Part shown: piece after piece, positions 1 to 9,978 of the stretch
How the letters are laid out: every line of letters begins with the position of its first letter
Position numbering within the stretch: the first letter of the stretch is position 1
NCBI GenBank assembly: GCA_963827235.1
Contig: CAWHAE010000012.1
Coordinates: 960,001-1,024,000, forward strand
Reading direction: 5' to 3'
Length of the DNA: 64,000 bases
DNA from: an uncultured bacterium
Lineage (GTDB): Bacteria > Chloroflexota > UBA5177 > JANWHV01
Made by a program: the position numbers and the translations under genes
Notes under the pieces: model-generated
Databases searched by the model: none
Seen by the model: the letters and a program-made list of their open reading frames with translations, nothing else
What the model was told of the DNA's origin: nothing

Positions 1-2067
1 GATTGCCTCGCGAAGCGCTTCCGCCGCTCCAAGTAGCTGCGCTGCGCGTTCCGGCTGCTTCAACGCAGCCAAGACGCCGGCAAGACCGGTCAGGCAATCG
101 GCGACACCGCGCTGATCCCCTTGGTCCCGGAACAGCCCGAGGCTCTCTCGGAATAGCCTGCGCGCCCGCTGGGGCTCTCCTCCGCGCAACGCCACAGCGC
201 CCAGGTTATGGAGCAGACTGGGCACACTGCCGGTGAGGCCTTGCCGCCGCAGTAGCGTGAGAGCTTCATCATAGCGCACTCCGGCGCCCGCGAAGTCGTC
301 CTGGCTCCGAGCCAGATCGCCAAGCATGTTGAGCACCTGCGCTATGCCCCAGTCGTCGCCAAGTGCCCGGAACCACGCAAGTGCCTCCTGCAGCTGCGCC
401 TGTCCCCGCCCCGAGGGATCGCCGTCGCTGATCAGCGCAGAGAGATCCAGCGCTGCCATGGCCATGGCCACGCCCCAGGCGTCGCCGATCTCTTTGAACA
501 GCCTCAGGCTCTCCGCGGTCGACGCAGCCGCTTGCGGATGGCCATTCGCCATCGGCAGCGATTGCAGGGTGTAGGCAAGCCCGCGCTTGTCGTCGAGCGA
601 GCGAAACAGTGAGGCACTCTCTTCCGCCCGCGCCCGCGCCAACTCGTTCTGGCCCACCAGCCAGGCCAGCTCGGCGGAGGCGTAGAGTGCCTTCGCGCGA
701 ACAGCCGGAGCGGCGTCCTGGCCCCCGGCCAGCGCCGCTTCAAGCCAATCGAGTCCTTCGCTTACCTCACCGCGCAGATTCCAGAACCAGCCAAGCGCCC
801 CGGCCAGCCGCAGACCCAGCTCTCGTGCGCTCGCCTCGGCGGCACGCCTGCTCCAGCCTAGCGCCGCGCGCAGGTTGTCCTGGTTCTGCGCCAGGCGCTC
901 CAGCCAGGGGCCACGCTTCCCGCTCATGAGCCTCGGCTCGGCCATCTCTGCCAGTCTCCCGAAGTAGCGCGCATGGCCGCGCTCCGCGCCACCGGCTTCG
1001 CCGCTCATAGTCAGGCGCTCCAGAGCGTACTGCCGCACCGGTTCCAGCAGGTGGTAGCGCGCCTCCCCCAGCTGCATTGTTGGCTCGACGAGCGACTTCT
1101 CGACTAACGCCGTCAGGAGCGGCAATACGTCGGCCGGCGCAATCTCCCTGTCACTGCAGACGCTCTCCGCCGCCTCGACCTCGAAGCCTCCAGCAAATAC
1201 CGCCAGCCGGCGGAAGAGTGCCTGCTCCGCGTCACACAGCAGCGCATGGCTCCAGTCAAGCGTCGCTCGCAGCGTTTCCTGCCGCGGCTGAGTCCGGCTG
1301 CCGCCGCCGAGCAGGCGGAGTCCGTTGTCCAGCCTGCCGACAATCTGATCCGGTGTCAACGTCCACAACTGCGCAGCGGCCAGCTCGATCGCCAGCGGAA
1401 GACCTGCGAGCTGCCTGCAGATCGCCGCGACGGCGGGCGCAGTCTGGGCGGACAGCGCGAAGGCAGGCTGCCGTGCGCGAGCTCGATCGAGGAACAGCGC
1501 TACCGATTCGACCTGAGCGAGAGACTCCGGCGATGGGAGTGGTTGCACGCCGGGCACAGCGAGCGACGGCACGCGCCAGGTGACCTCGCCGGGTATACGC
1601 AGCGGCTCGCGGCTGGTCGCCAGAATCCGCAGGCTCGGACAGGCCCGTAGCAATGTCTCTGCCAGCCGGGCACAGCCGCCGATTAGGTGCTCGCAATTGT
1701 CGAGTACAAGCAGGATCTGCCGCGAGGCCAGTGCGGCTACCAACGTCGCCACCATCGAGCGGCTCGCGGCCCCGCGTATTCCCACCGCGGCGGCGACGGC
1801 CCGTGGCACGAAGGCCGAATCGGTGAGCGGTGCCAGCGGCACGAACCAGACGCCGTCGGGAAAGCTCTGCGCAGCGTCGGCAGCAGCGCGCACCGCAAGC
1901 CGCGTCTTGCCGCAACCGCCGGCACCGGTCAGGGTGAGCAGCCGCGCCCGCGCCACGAGGCGCCTGATCTCGGCGATCGCGCCCTCGCGGCCGACAAAGC
2001 TGGCGATCTCGGCAGGAAGGTTGTGCTTGGCAGGCGTGCCGTGGCTTACCGGCGACAAGTGGACCAT
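1..2067 (-). CDS. ATPase (NB-ARC/AAA-like)-TPR transcriptional regulator of the LuxR/AfsR-like class; 3' end runs off the window
   Basis: Not in the ORF track (open to the window edge); frame spot-checked at three places. ATG 2067 with AGGAGAG RBS. Reads MVHLSPVSHGTPAKHNLPAEIASFVGRE...LLTLTGAGGCGKTRLA (Walker A), LVLDNCEHL, ALVEKSLV, RYHLLEPVRQYA, then TPR-like helices. The DNA-binding domain is not visible. Confidence 0.88.
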   Translation of the reverse strand, partial: MVHLSPVSHGTPAKHNLPAEIASFVGREGAIAEIRRLVARARLLTLTGAGGCGKTRLAVRAAADAAQSFPDGVWFVPLAPLTDSAFVPRAVAAAVGIRGAASRSMVATLVAALASRQILLVLDNCEHLIGGCARLAETLLRACPSLRILATSREPLRIPGEVTWRVPSLAVPGVQPLPSPESLAQVESVALFLDRARARQPAFALSAQTAPAVAAICRQLAGLPLAIELAAAQLWTLTPDQIVGRLDNGLRLLGGGSRTQPRQETLRATLDWSHALLCDAEQALFRRLAVFAGGFEVEAAESVCSDREIAPADVLPLLTALVEKSLVEPTMQLGEARYHLLEPVRQYALERLTMSGEAGGAERGHARYFGRLAEMAEPRLMSGKRGPWLERLAQNQDNLRAALGWSRRAAEASARELGLRLAGALGWFWNLRGEVSEGLDWLEAALAGGQDAAPAVRAKALYASAELAWLVGQNELARARAEESASLFRSLDDKRGLAYTLQSLPMANGHPQAAASTAESLRLFKEIGDAWGVAMAMAALDLSALISDGDPSGRGQAQLQEALAWFRALGDDWGIAQVLNMLGDLARSQDDFAGAGVRYDEALTLLRRQGLTGSVPSLLHNLGAVALRGGEPQRARRLFRESLGLFRDQGDQRGVADCLTGLAGVLAALKQPERAAQLLGAAEALREAI

Positions 2068-2281
2068 CCCGCTCTCTCCTGGACAGCATCGACGACCAAC
2101 CACGCACACGCTCAACGGACTGACGCTCACACGACACCGGTCGCAACCGACAGGTGTCACCAATCGCACGCCCACTATCAGGCTTGCGAAGGTGATGTCA
2201 TAAGGGTACACATCCTGGATCTCACGGGCATGGTCGGCCGGCATCGTCGCCCTTCATCGGCGCCTGGATCGCGCTCAGCTT

Positions 2282-2647
2282 GTGGCTGTGCCTCGCCCTG
2301 GTTGTAAAGCAATCAAGCTGGCGGATGTAGTTGTACTCACGATCCCAGCCGGGCGCGAGGCGAGTGACCAACACTACCTGCTCGAGGCCGGAGGTGGGAG
2401 AGCTATGCAGCTGGGCGGCATGGGCGTCCAGTTCAAGCTGGGGAGCGCGCAGAGCCAGCGCCTGCTCGCGGTGGTCGAGCACCCGCTGGAGGTCGTGGCC
2501 GAGTTGCTCGCGGCTGCCGGGAGCAGTGGACCAGACCCTCATGCCATCGTGGAGTCGGCGGCGCGCCACGACCTCTCAGTAACGAACCCGGAATGGATAC
2601 CCGAGCTGACCGACAAGTACCACCTCAAGCTGCTCAAGGAGCCATAA
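2282..2647 (+). pseudogene. Cupin-domain gene relic with an in-frame internal deletion
   Basis: The N-terminal cupin-like LGGMGVQFKL...LAVVEHPLE joins directly to the C-terminal AELL...PD...PEWIPELTDKYHL. The His-containing metal-binding core is absent. Confidence 0.5.
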
Positions 2648-2762
2648 GCAGCTTGGTGCGGAGGCAAACGTGGACTGGGGCCTGGAGCGGCGGCCGAAAG
2701 AGACCGGCTCCTCAGGGGCCCGTCCTGCCGCTCCGGTGTTTCGCCCGGTCCGCGTCTACTCG

Positions 2763-3314
2763 CTACCCAACTTCTACTCTCGCCTGCGTCGGCTCGCGGA
2801 GCACCCCATTCTGCGATACCGAGGGTTCGGTACAGAGGTTACGGTTAAAGCAACAGGGTCGTCGCATGCCGGCTTTGAGCTTCGAGCAGGCCACCTCAAC
2901 GCGTCGCCGGCGCGTTTCCGATTGGTTCGTTGCACGGATCCAGCGAATCCAGTCCCACTGCGCATGCGGCGTGATCTGCATCCATAGCGTGTGCGCCCGT
3001 GGGACGGTCACGAGAGCGTTCTGCAAGTCCGCTGGCACCTCGGGCGCCGGCCATTCTTCGGCTGGCTCAATCTCCAGCCTTACCGTATCGCCTGCGTCTG
3101 CTGCCGCGGCTTCGCGCACGGTCTCGTCGACCCTGAACCAGTGGCTGCCCTTCCCGTCGGGTTCGAGCGGGGCTTGAAAGCGGGACCCATTGATGGTGCC
3201 CTCAACCATGGTCATGGCCCGTGATGGAAGCAGCGCGCTTGCGCTCTTTGGCAGCCTGAGAACGGTCCATGAGCCGATCGTAAGCAGTTGAGCTTCAAAT
3301 CGGATTGTCGCCAT
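2763..3314 (-). CDS. DUF1905 / YdeI-OmpD-associated family protein
   Basis: MATIRFEAQL...VEGTING..FQAPLEPDGKGSHW...VPADLQNAL...WDWIRWI...ETRRRRVE..CSKLKAGMRRPCCF; AAGGA-type RBS upstream. Confidence 0.85.
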   Translation of the reverse strand: MATIRFEAQLLTIGSWTVLRLPKSASALLPSRAMTMVEGTINGSRFQAPLEPDGKGSHWFRVDETVREAAAADAGDTVRLEIEPAEEWPAPEVPADLQNALVTVPRAHTLWMQITPHAQWDWIRWIRATNQSETRRRRVEVACSKLKAGMRRPCCFNRNLCTEPSVSQNGVLREPTQARVEVG

Positions 3315-3441
3315 ATGTCCTTGCTCCTTGACTCCGTGTCTCATCAATCGGGGGCATCCAACTCTCATCTGGATGACCGGCGACAGCAAAGGAGTGTGAC
3401 CGAGGGATCAGCACGAGACCAACGAGGTCTCTTGCCTGCTC

Positions 3442-4059
3442 GTGCTGATGTTGCTCGCAGCCTTTTGCCCTACGCCAGCGGTGTCGTTTTCGTCGCCGGC
3501 GCCGCGATCGTGCATGCCACCCGCCGGGATCGCGCTCACGCTGGACGTTCAGGCCGGCGTCCACGAGCCTCCCGGCACCCCCGTCAGGACCTTTCCGCTG
3601 GCCGAGGGCATCCCGCCACACGCCGCCGGATCCTACCTACCCGCAGACGTGGTGAGGGCGCAGACCACGACTTGGTACTACCCCGCATTCGTGGTGGGGC
3701 TGGAGGCCACGGCTTCCGCGACACCCGCGCCGACTCCGCCGCTGAATTCCGTCACGACCGTGACGATTACCGATCCCGTCGCGCTCGCCGTTCTGGTCCA
3801 CGCGATCGACTCGCTCACCGACATATGGCCCGCCGAATCGCCCGGGTGCACCGGGGGTCCAGACTTCGCCACCACGCTCGTCTTCAGCCGGAGTAATGGG
3901 CAACAGATCACTGTGCATGCCGATCCCAACGCGTGCGCAGGTGTCGCCGTGGACGGCTATGCGCTGCTGATGGACCCTTCGGACGTCGTCTGGAACGCGA
4001 TCGCAGCGCTGGTGTATCCACAAGGCACTCCCACGCCCTATCCGATACGGGCAGGCTGA
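3442..4059 (+). CDS. Secreted hypothetical protein
   Basis: 205 aa with a hydrophobic N-terminus, Pro/Thr linkers and a Cys pair (GCTGG...NACAG). Start codon uncertain. Confidence 0.6.
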   Translation: MLMLLAAFCPTPAVSFSSPAPRSCMPPAGIALTLDVQAGVHEPPGTPVRTFPLAEGIPPHAAGSYLPADVVRAQTTTWYYPAFVVGLEATASATPAPTPPLNSVTTVTITDPVALAVLVHAIDSLTDIWPAESPGCTGGPDFATTLVFSRSNGQQITVHADPNACAGVAVDGYALLMDPSDVVWNAIAALVYPQGTPTPYPIRAG

Positions 4060-4061
4060 GA

Positions 4062-4180
4062 AGAAGAAGGCAACACCTGCCAACGGCGCGTCCGCGGGGA
4101 CGTTGCGTGGCGGGACGTGGCAGGCACACGACACCCTTGGCGGTAAGCTCCTCGTACGCGGCGCCCACGTCGGCCATTCC
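4062..4180 (-). pseudogene. VOC/glyoxalase gene fragment
   Basis: Reads ADVGAAYEELTAKGVVCLPRP, resembling the VOC C-terminal 'DVD..Y..L...GV' motif; no N-terminal part. Confidence 0.45.
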
Positions 4181-4391
4181 ACGCGCTACGTCATTCCCGT
4201 TGTCACCTGCAGCTGAGTGAGGCAGATCGCCTTCGCATCCCTGTCCGGATCCGACGCCGGCGGTAGAAGCGGTAGCACCAGTGGCATGGGCGCGGCAGGT
4301 GGCGCTGCGGGCCTGCCAACCAGCAGCAGGGGTGTCCCTACGCGCCCATTGGGTGCGGACGTTCGCCGTGCCCCAAGACCCCAGCGCGGTA

Positions 4392-4469
4392 GCACAAGAC
4401 GCACCGCATGCCCGGAGGCGGAACACTCGCCGCGCGTGCAAGAAGCGTGCAAGAACCGCGGACTATACT
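4392..4469 (+). promoter_or_regulatory. Phased-repeat promoter, copy 1
   Basis: GCACAAGA 4392, TGCAAGA 4437 and 4448 (11-bp period), then 9 nt, then -10 TATACT 4464-4469. An extra GCACAAGA sits at 4474. Confidence 0.7.
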
Positions 4470-4601
4470 CGTGGCACAAGACGCACCAAGCGCGTGGCCA
4501 GTCGAGGATTGCCGCACCCAGTCGACGCGGGCCATCCACGGTATGCTGCGCAGGCGGTGCTTGGCCGCCGATTGGTCATGAGCGTGGAAGGAGGAGACAA
4601 G

Positions 4602-4990
4602 ATGCGGGCTTTCGCGCATTGCACAGTCAGGCGCGCTGTGCTGCGCACGACGACCCCTACTACATCACGCTTGATTTCGACTCCGACAGCTTGCCCGGCC
4701 ATACTCGCCTCAAGACGATCGACTCGAACGACGACCCGTGCGTCGCCACGCACGACCAAGGCAGCACAGCGTCGATCTCGGTAGACCTAGACCACAATGG
4801 ACTCGTCTACAATGTCGCTGGGCATCCGAGCAAGCATTCGCGCAACGCTCATGTGATCACCGGCAAGGTGATCACGATCGATGAGGTGCCCGACAGCGAG
4901 CACGGCACGGCGACGACCACCATTTCCTGGAGCTTGCGCTACTGCCAGATGATGAGCACCCTTGCTCCACTGTCGCCAATGAAGTGCTAA
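4602..4990 (+). pseudogene. Frameshifted or internally deleted gene for a probable secreted protein
   Basis: Strong RBS (AAGGAGG) and ATG 4602 (MRAFAHCTVRRAVL) lie in a different frame from the protein-like C-terminal part (DDPYYITLDF...TTTISWSLRYC, stop 4990). Confidence 0.5.
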
Positions 4991-5273
4991 GGCCCAGCGC
5001 TGCCTGCAGGCTGGCCGGGGCCACCGAGCAGACGATCGCGCTGTCGCTGGAGCAGGCGCGAAAGCGACTCGACCTAGCAGGCGGTACCGGCGTGTGTGCG
5101 AGCCGGCCGAACGCGCGAGGGGATGCGTGGAATGCACTCGGAAAGGCTGCCAGCGACGACGATCCTGGCCAGTCGTATCTTGGAGTTGACCATGCCGTAA
5201 CTGGGGCCGTACGGCGCCGCGCCCAGACACTCGACACGGCGCTCATCTCTCTCTCGGGCCCGCAGCAGAGAAC

Positions 5274-5302
5274 TTGACGGGCCCGTGCGACTGCGGCACA
5301 CT
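5274..5302 (+). promoter_or_regulatory. Sigma70-type promoter for the YbjQ-like gene pair
   Basis: TTGACG-N17-CACACT about 60 bp upstream of ATG 5361. Confidence 0.5.
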
Positions 5303-5360
5303 CTAGCCGGCGGCCCTCCGCGGCCGCGATCGGGCACCCATGCAAGGAGGAAACCCACCT

Positions 5361-6422
5361 ATGGAGTCCTCTGGCGAGCCCAAACGACCCCACTTTCATC
5401 TGCCCTGGCATCACGCGGGTCCCGAGCAAGAAGCCGCCAAGGAGGAAGAACGACGACGACGGGCTGAACTCGAGCAGCAGGCCGAGGTCAACCGCCGCGC
5501 GGAAGCCGATCGCCAGGCCAAGGATCACTGGCTGCTCGGCGGCGGCGGAATCCCCACGATGGCGACAGAACGCCTGTCGAAGGCACGCGGGACGGATCCC
5601 GAGAAGAGCGTGTTCTCCAGTGACCTGTCGCCTGACGAAGCCGCCCTCCTGCGGCGCAACGGTTATCGAGCGCTGGGCCTGGTCAGCGGAAGCGCCATGT
5701 ATCACGTCGGTATCGTCTATGCCTCTGCCTACCAGGACTCGGAGATGAGCGTGCTCTCCGGGGCCTACGACGAGGCGACCAGGCTGGCAGTCTCGCGCAT
5801 GCAGAAGGAGGCAGCGGCATTGGGCGCGCACGGCGTGGTAGGCGTGCGCTTCAACATGGTGCGGCGCGAGTGGAGCGAGAAGAGCGTCGAGGTGCAAATT
5901 CTCGGCACCGCGGTCGCCGGCCCAGCGCAAGACGCTCCCAGCGCGCCCTGGCTGTCCGATCTATCCGGCCAGGAGTGGTGGGCACTGTATCGGGCCGGCT
6001 ATAGTCCGGTTGGTCTTGTGTACGGTCATTCTGCCTGGTTCATCCTCACCACGCAGGACGACGAGTGGGACGAGAGCGGCGGCTACAACACGGAGCTCAC
6101 GCATTTCAGCATGGCACTCACGCAGTGCCGGAACCGCGCTGCCGCAACTGTCGTCGGCATGGCGCGGCACCTCGGCGCGACAGGCATCGTCGGCGTCCAT
6201 ATCTCACGCCGCGTGGAAGAGATGCGGCTGAGTGGCACCGACGAGAATCCGGCCTACGAGCGAGAGCATCATAGCCTGTTGCTGAGCTTGATCGGCACGG
6301 CGATCCGGCTTCGGCCGGACGCCCCGGCAACGCTGCGCGCCACCGGCAACGTGCTGTCGCTGCGCGATGGCCGATTCGTGCCGCCGGTAGTCTCGACGGC
6401 CGAGGCGACGTTCGAGGAGTGA
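5361..6422 (+). CDS. Tandem YbjQ/UPF0145-like (putative heavy-metal-binding) domain protein
   Basis: AAGGAGG RBS. Two copies of SDLS..E...L...GY..LGLV.G....A..LGA.G[VI]VGV...GTA. Confidence 0.85.
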   Translation: MESSGEPKRPHFHLPWHHAGPEQEAAKEEERRRRAELEQQAEVNRRAEADRQAKDHWLLGGGGIPTMATERLSKARGTDPEKSVFSSDLSPDEAALLRRNGYRALGLVSGSAMYHVGIVYASAYQDSEMSVLSGAYDEATRLAVSRMQKEAAALGAHGVVGVRFNMVRREWSEKSVEVQILGTAVAGPAQDAPSAPWLSDLSGQEWWALYRAGYSPVGLVYGHSAWFILTTQDDEWDESGGYNTELTHFSMALTQCRNRAAATVVGMARHLGATGIVGVHISRRVEEMRLSGTDENPAYEREHHSLLLSLIGTAIRLRPDAPATLRATGNVLSLRDGRFVPPVVSTAEATFEE

Positions 6423-6491
6423 GGCCCGACACCGCAATCGTGGTTGACGTACGTGGATGCGCCCGCGAGGGTGGGAGGAGAGGCGAGAATC

Positions 6492-7322
6492 ATGGACGAG
6501 CAGACCAAGGATGCAGAGTTTGAGACCCTACCGGCGCACGCACGGGAGCGCTTGGTGGAGATGCGCGGGCGCGACGAAGAGAAGCGGCTCTTCACCAGCG
6601 ATTTTTCGACCAGCGAGTTCCTGCTCGTGAAGGAAGCCGGATTCGATCCCATCGGGCTGGTGGTGGGTTCCAGCATCTACCATGTCGGCTACCAGCAGTC
6701 GAGCTGGAGCCAGAACCAGGAGATGACCGTCCTGACCCAGGCCATGTATCATGCGCGCGAGCTGGCCATGGACCGCATGGAAGAGGAGGCCAACGCCCTG
6801 GGCGCGGACGGCGTGGTGGGCGTGCGACTGGAAGTGAACCACAAGGAGTGGGGCGAGCACGTGGCCGAATTCGTGGCCATCGGCACGGCCGTCCGGCATC
6901 GCAACGACTCGACGCGCTTCAAGAACAAACACGGCAGACCGTTCACGAGCGACCTGTCCGGACAGGACTTCTATATTCTCTTGCGGTCGGGTTACCGCCC
7001 GCTGGGCATGGTGATGGGCAACTGCGTGTACCACGTAGCCAAGCAAGCGTTCGGCGCCTTCATGCGCGGCATGGCCCAGAATCAGGAGCTCGTGCAGTAC
7101 ACGCAAGCGCTCTACGACAGCCGCGAGCTGGCCATGGAGCGCATGCAGCAGGAGGCCGAGGCGCTGGATGCCAAAGGCATCGTGGGTGCCGACATCCACG
7201 AGCACTCGCATGCCTGGGGCAGCCACGTGATTGAGTTCTTCGCAGTAGGCACGGCAGTAGACGAGCTGAGCAAGGATCACGTGATCGAGCCGCCCTTGCT
7301 GGTGCTGCCCCTCATCGACTAG
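6492..7322 (+). CDS. Tandem YbjQ/UPF0145-like domain protein
   Basis: FTSDFS..EF..GFDPIGLVVGSSIYH...ARELAMDRMEEEANALGADGVVGV, with a second copy FTSDLSGQDF...RELAMERMQQEAEAL. Confidence 0.88.
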   Translation: MDEQTKDAEFETLPAHARERLVEMRGRDEEKRLFTSDFSTSEFLLVKEAGFDPIGLVVGSSIYHVGYQQSSWSQNQEMTVLTQAMYHARELAMDRMEEEANALGADGVVGVRLEVNHKEWGEHVAEFVAIGTAVRHRNDSTRFKNKHGRPFTSDLSGQDFYILLRSGYRPLGMVMGNCVYHVAKQAFGAFMRGMAQNQELVQYTQALYDSRELAMERMQQEAEALDAKGIVGADIHEHSHAWGSHVIEFFAVGTAVDELSKDHVIEPPLLVLPLID

Positions 7323-7537
7323 GAGGCGCGAGCGGTCGGCTCGCTGACCGAGCACTGCATCTCCCTGTCCTCCATGACGCCCAGCTGGAGCCCTGGCAAT
7401 CGAGGGGTCGACGAAGCCCGGAAGCGCTAGGTCACCGGTAGTTTGGAGGCCGAGCAATGCGACGTGACAGGGGCGATGCAGACGATCTCAGACCGGCGAG
7501 GCGGTTGACATGCCGGGCGCGCGTTTCCGGGGGGACT

Positions 7538-9775
7538 ATGCGCGTGGCGCACGGAGCGTGTGACGGCGAGTCCGGCCACGGCGACCACGAACAGGCTGTG
7601 AGGACGCCGGCCGGCGGGCCACAGGTGCCTTCGAGGCGCCAACGCCGCTACCCGGTCGCCGTCTGCATCTTGGCGCTGCTCATCGCGCTACTACCAGCAC
7701 TGGCGGTCGACTGTGCGCTGGCCGGCGCGCCGTTCGCGCCCGCCCCGACCGCCCGCGCGGATGCCAGCGGTCCGGCGGCACTGCCGCTTGCCTGGACCAC
7801 CTTCCTCGGCGGGAAGGCTCGCGACGGCAGCGAAGGAGTCGCCGTCGACGACGCCGACGACGTGGACGTGACCGGCTCCACCAACTCCTCCGACTTCCCA
7901 GCCGGTGGAGGGGCTGCCCAGCCGCACTTTGCCGGCGGCACCGACGCATTTGTCGCTCAGTACACGCCGAGTGGGCAGGTGCGCTGGGCCTCCTATCTGG
8001 GCGGAAAGGCCGAGGACATCGGGTATGCCGTCACCGCGGACAGGCGAGGCAACGTCTACGTCGCCGGCGAGACCGCTTCCCTCGACTTCCCCGTGTCCGC
8101 AGGCGCGGCCCAATCCCACTATGGGGGAGGCGAATACGACGCTCTGGTGGCGTCCTTCACGGCGGATGGACGGCTGCGCTGGGCGACGTACCTGGGTGGG
8201 ACAGGGGACGACGACGGCGGCGGCATCGTCGTCGACGCGCTGGGCAACGTCTACGTGACCGGCTTCACCACGTCCCGCGATTTCCCGGTCAGCCCCCGGG
8301 CCGCCCAGCCGCACTTCGGCGGCGGCCTTGCCGATGCCTTTCTGGCCAGCTTTGACACCGGCGGCCGTCTGCGCTGGGCCACCTACCTGGGCGGCACGGG
8401 CGACGACGGTGCCAATGGCGTCGCCGTAGACGGGGCGGGGAACGCCTACGTGACCGGCTCGACGGAGTCGATGGACTTCCCGGTGACTGCAGGCGCCGCG
8501 CAGCCCCACTATGGCGGCGGAGATGATATGTGGGGCGACGCGTTCGTGGCATCCTATGCCGCCGGGGGACGGCTGCGCTGGGCCACCTACCTGGGCGGTG
8601 AGGCTGGGGAGGGCGGGCACGCGATCGCCGCGGACGCCCAAGGCACCGTCTACGTCGCCGGTATTGCCGTGCCGATCCTCGACGCGGCCGGCAGCACCGT
8701 GCTGCCCGACTTCCCGGCCAGCCCGCAGGCCGCCCAGCCGCACTGCGGCGGCTCTGAGGATGCCTTCCTAGCCAGCTTCGACACCGGCGGCCGTCTGCGC
8801 TGGGCCACCTACCTGGGCGGGACGGACAACGACTGGGCCAACGGCGTCGCCGCGGACGAGCAGGGCGGCGCCTACGTGGTCGGTGACACGCTGTCGACAG
8901 ACTTCCCGGTGACAGCAGGCGCCGCTCAGCCTCAGTATGGCGGTGGAGACGACACGCTGGGCGATGCGTTCGTGGCCACCTATGATGCTGGGGGACAGAT
9001 GCGCTGGGCCACGTACCTGGGCGGGACGGGCGACGACAGTGCCAGCGGCGTCGCCGCGGACCGACAGGGCGGCGCCTACGTCACCGGCGAGACGGCTCTC
9101 ACGCAGGACGAATTGGTCGCCGATTTCCCGGTCACGGCGGGTGCCGCGCAGTCGCTCTCCCCGGGCAGCGACGACGGCTTCCTTGCCCGGGTGGTTGCCC
9201 CGCGCGTTCGGCCGCCCGGCCTGAGCCCCACCAAGCCGCCGGCAGCGGGCTCCGCCCACACCCGGTACTTCCCGCAGACCCACCACGCGCTGGCCGGCGC
9301 CGCGCTGGCCTATTGGGACCAGTTAGGCGGCATCACCACGCTGGGCCTGCCGCTCTCCGAGCCCTTCACCCTGGCTGGCAAGCGGATGCAGGCTACCGAG
9401 CGCGCCGTGCTGCTCCTGCCGTTGGGCGGGGTCCGACTGCTACCGCTAGGCAGCCTGCTGGGCTCCGCCCGTGCCACCAGCCCGCTGCCCGCCTCGCCAA
9501 GTAGCGCCAGCCGGCTCTATTTCCCCAGCACCGGGCATAGCCTCAGCGGGCCGTTCCTGGCGTACTGGCGAGCGCACCAGGGCAGCGTGCTGCTAGGGGC
9601 GCCAATCGCGGAGCCGGACCGGGAGGCCACGGGGGACGGGACCGGCCATACCTATCTCGTGCAGTGGTTTGCCAACGGCCGGCTGGAGCTGCACGCCGAG
9701 GCGCAGGATCCGCGCTACCAGGTGATGCAAGGGCGCGTGGGCTACGAGTATCTGCACCGGCTCGGCTTTGCGTGA
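7538..9775 (+). CDS. Secreted SBBP beta-propeller protein with Chloroflexi-type C-terminal surface repeats
   Basis: Hydrophobic segment VAVCILALLIALLPALAV, then about seven ~63-aa repeats (DFPV..GAAQ..YGGG..DAFVA.F...G.LRWATYLGG...D). C-terminal RYFPQTHHAL...YW...LGLPLSEPF and LYFPSTGHSLSGPFLAYW...LGAPIAEP. Start uncertain. Confidence 0.85.
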   Translation: MRVAHGACDGESGHGDHEQAVRTPAGGPQVPSRRQRRYPVAVCILALLIALLPALAVDCALAGAPFAPAPTARADASGPAALPLAWTTFLGGKARDGSEGVAVDDADDVDVTGSTNSSDFPAGGGAAQPHFAGGTDAFVAQYTPSGQVRWASYLGGKAEDIGYAVTADRRGNVYVAGETASLDFPVSAGAAQSHYGGGEYDALVASFTADGRLRWATYLGGTGDDDGGGIVVDALGNVYVTGFTTSRDFPVSPRAAQPHFGGGLADAFLASFDTGGRLRWATYLGGTGDDGANGVAVDGAGNAYVTGSTESMDFPVTAGAAQPHYGGGDDMWGDAFVASYAAGGRLRWATYLGGEAGEGGHAIAADAQGTVYVAGIAVPILDAAGSTVLPDFPASPQAAQPHCGGSEDAFLASFDTGGRLRWATYLGGTDNDWANGVAADEQGGAYVVGDTLSTDFPVTAGAAQPQYGGGDDTLGDAFVATYDAGGQMRWATYLGGTGDDSASGVAADRQGGAYVTGETALTQDELVADFPVTAGAAQSLSPGSDDGFLARVVAPRVRPPGLSPTKPPAAGSAHTRYFPQTHHALAGAALAYWDQLGGITTLGLPLSEPFTLAGKRMQATERAVLLLPLGGVRLLPLGSLLGSARATSPLPASPSSASRLYFPSTGHSLSGPFLAYWRAHQGSVLLGAPIAEPDREATGDGTGHTYLVQWFANGRLELHAEAQDPRYQVMQGRVGYEYLHRLGFA

Positions 9776-9978
9776 GCGGCGCCATCGCGCAGGGCGTGCT
9801 CGTTGACGCGGTCCCGCACTGCCGCCCGGACGGGGCTGGCCGCGCGCGGTGCGGGATGATGCTGCGGCGGCGGGAGATAGCCACAGGCTGACAAGCGGGC
9901 TCCAGCGGTCTATAGTGGTGCTGTTGAGTCCGGCCTGTCGCGAGTATGGCGGCCGGAGCCGGGAACGGGAGGTTGCTC

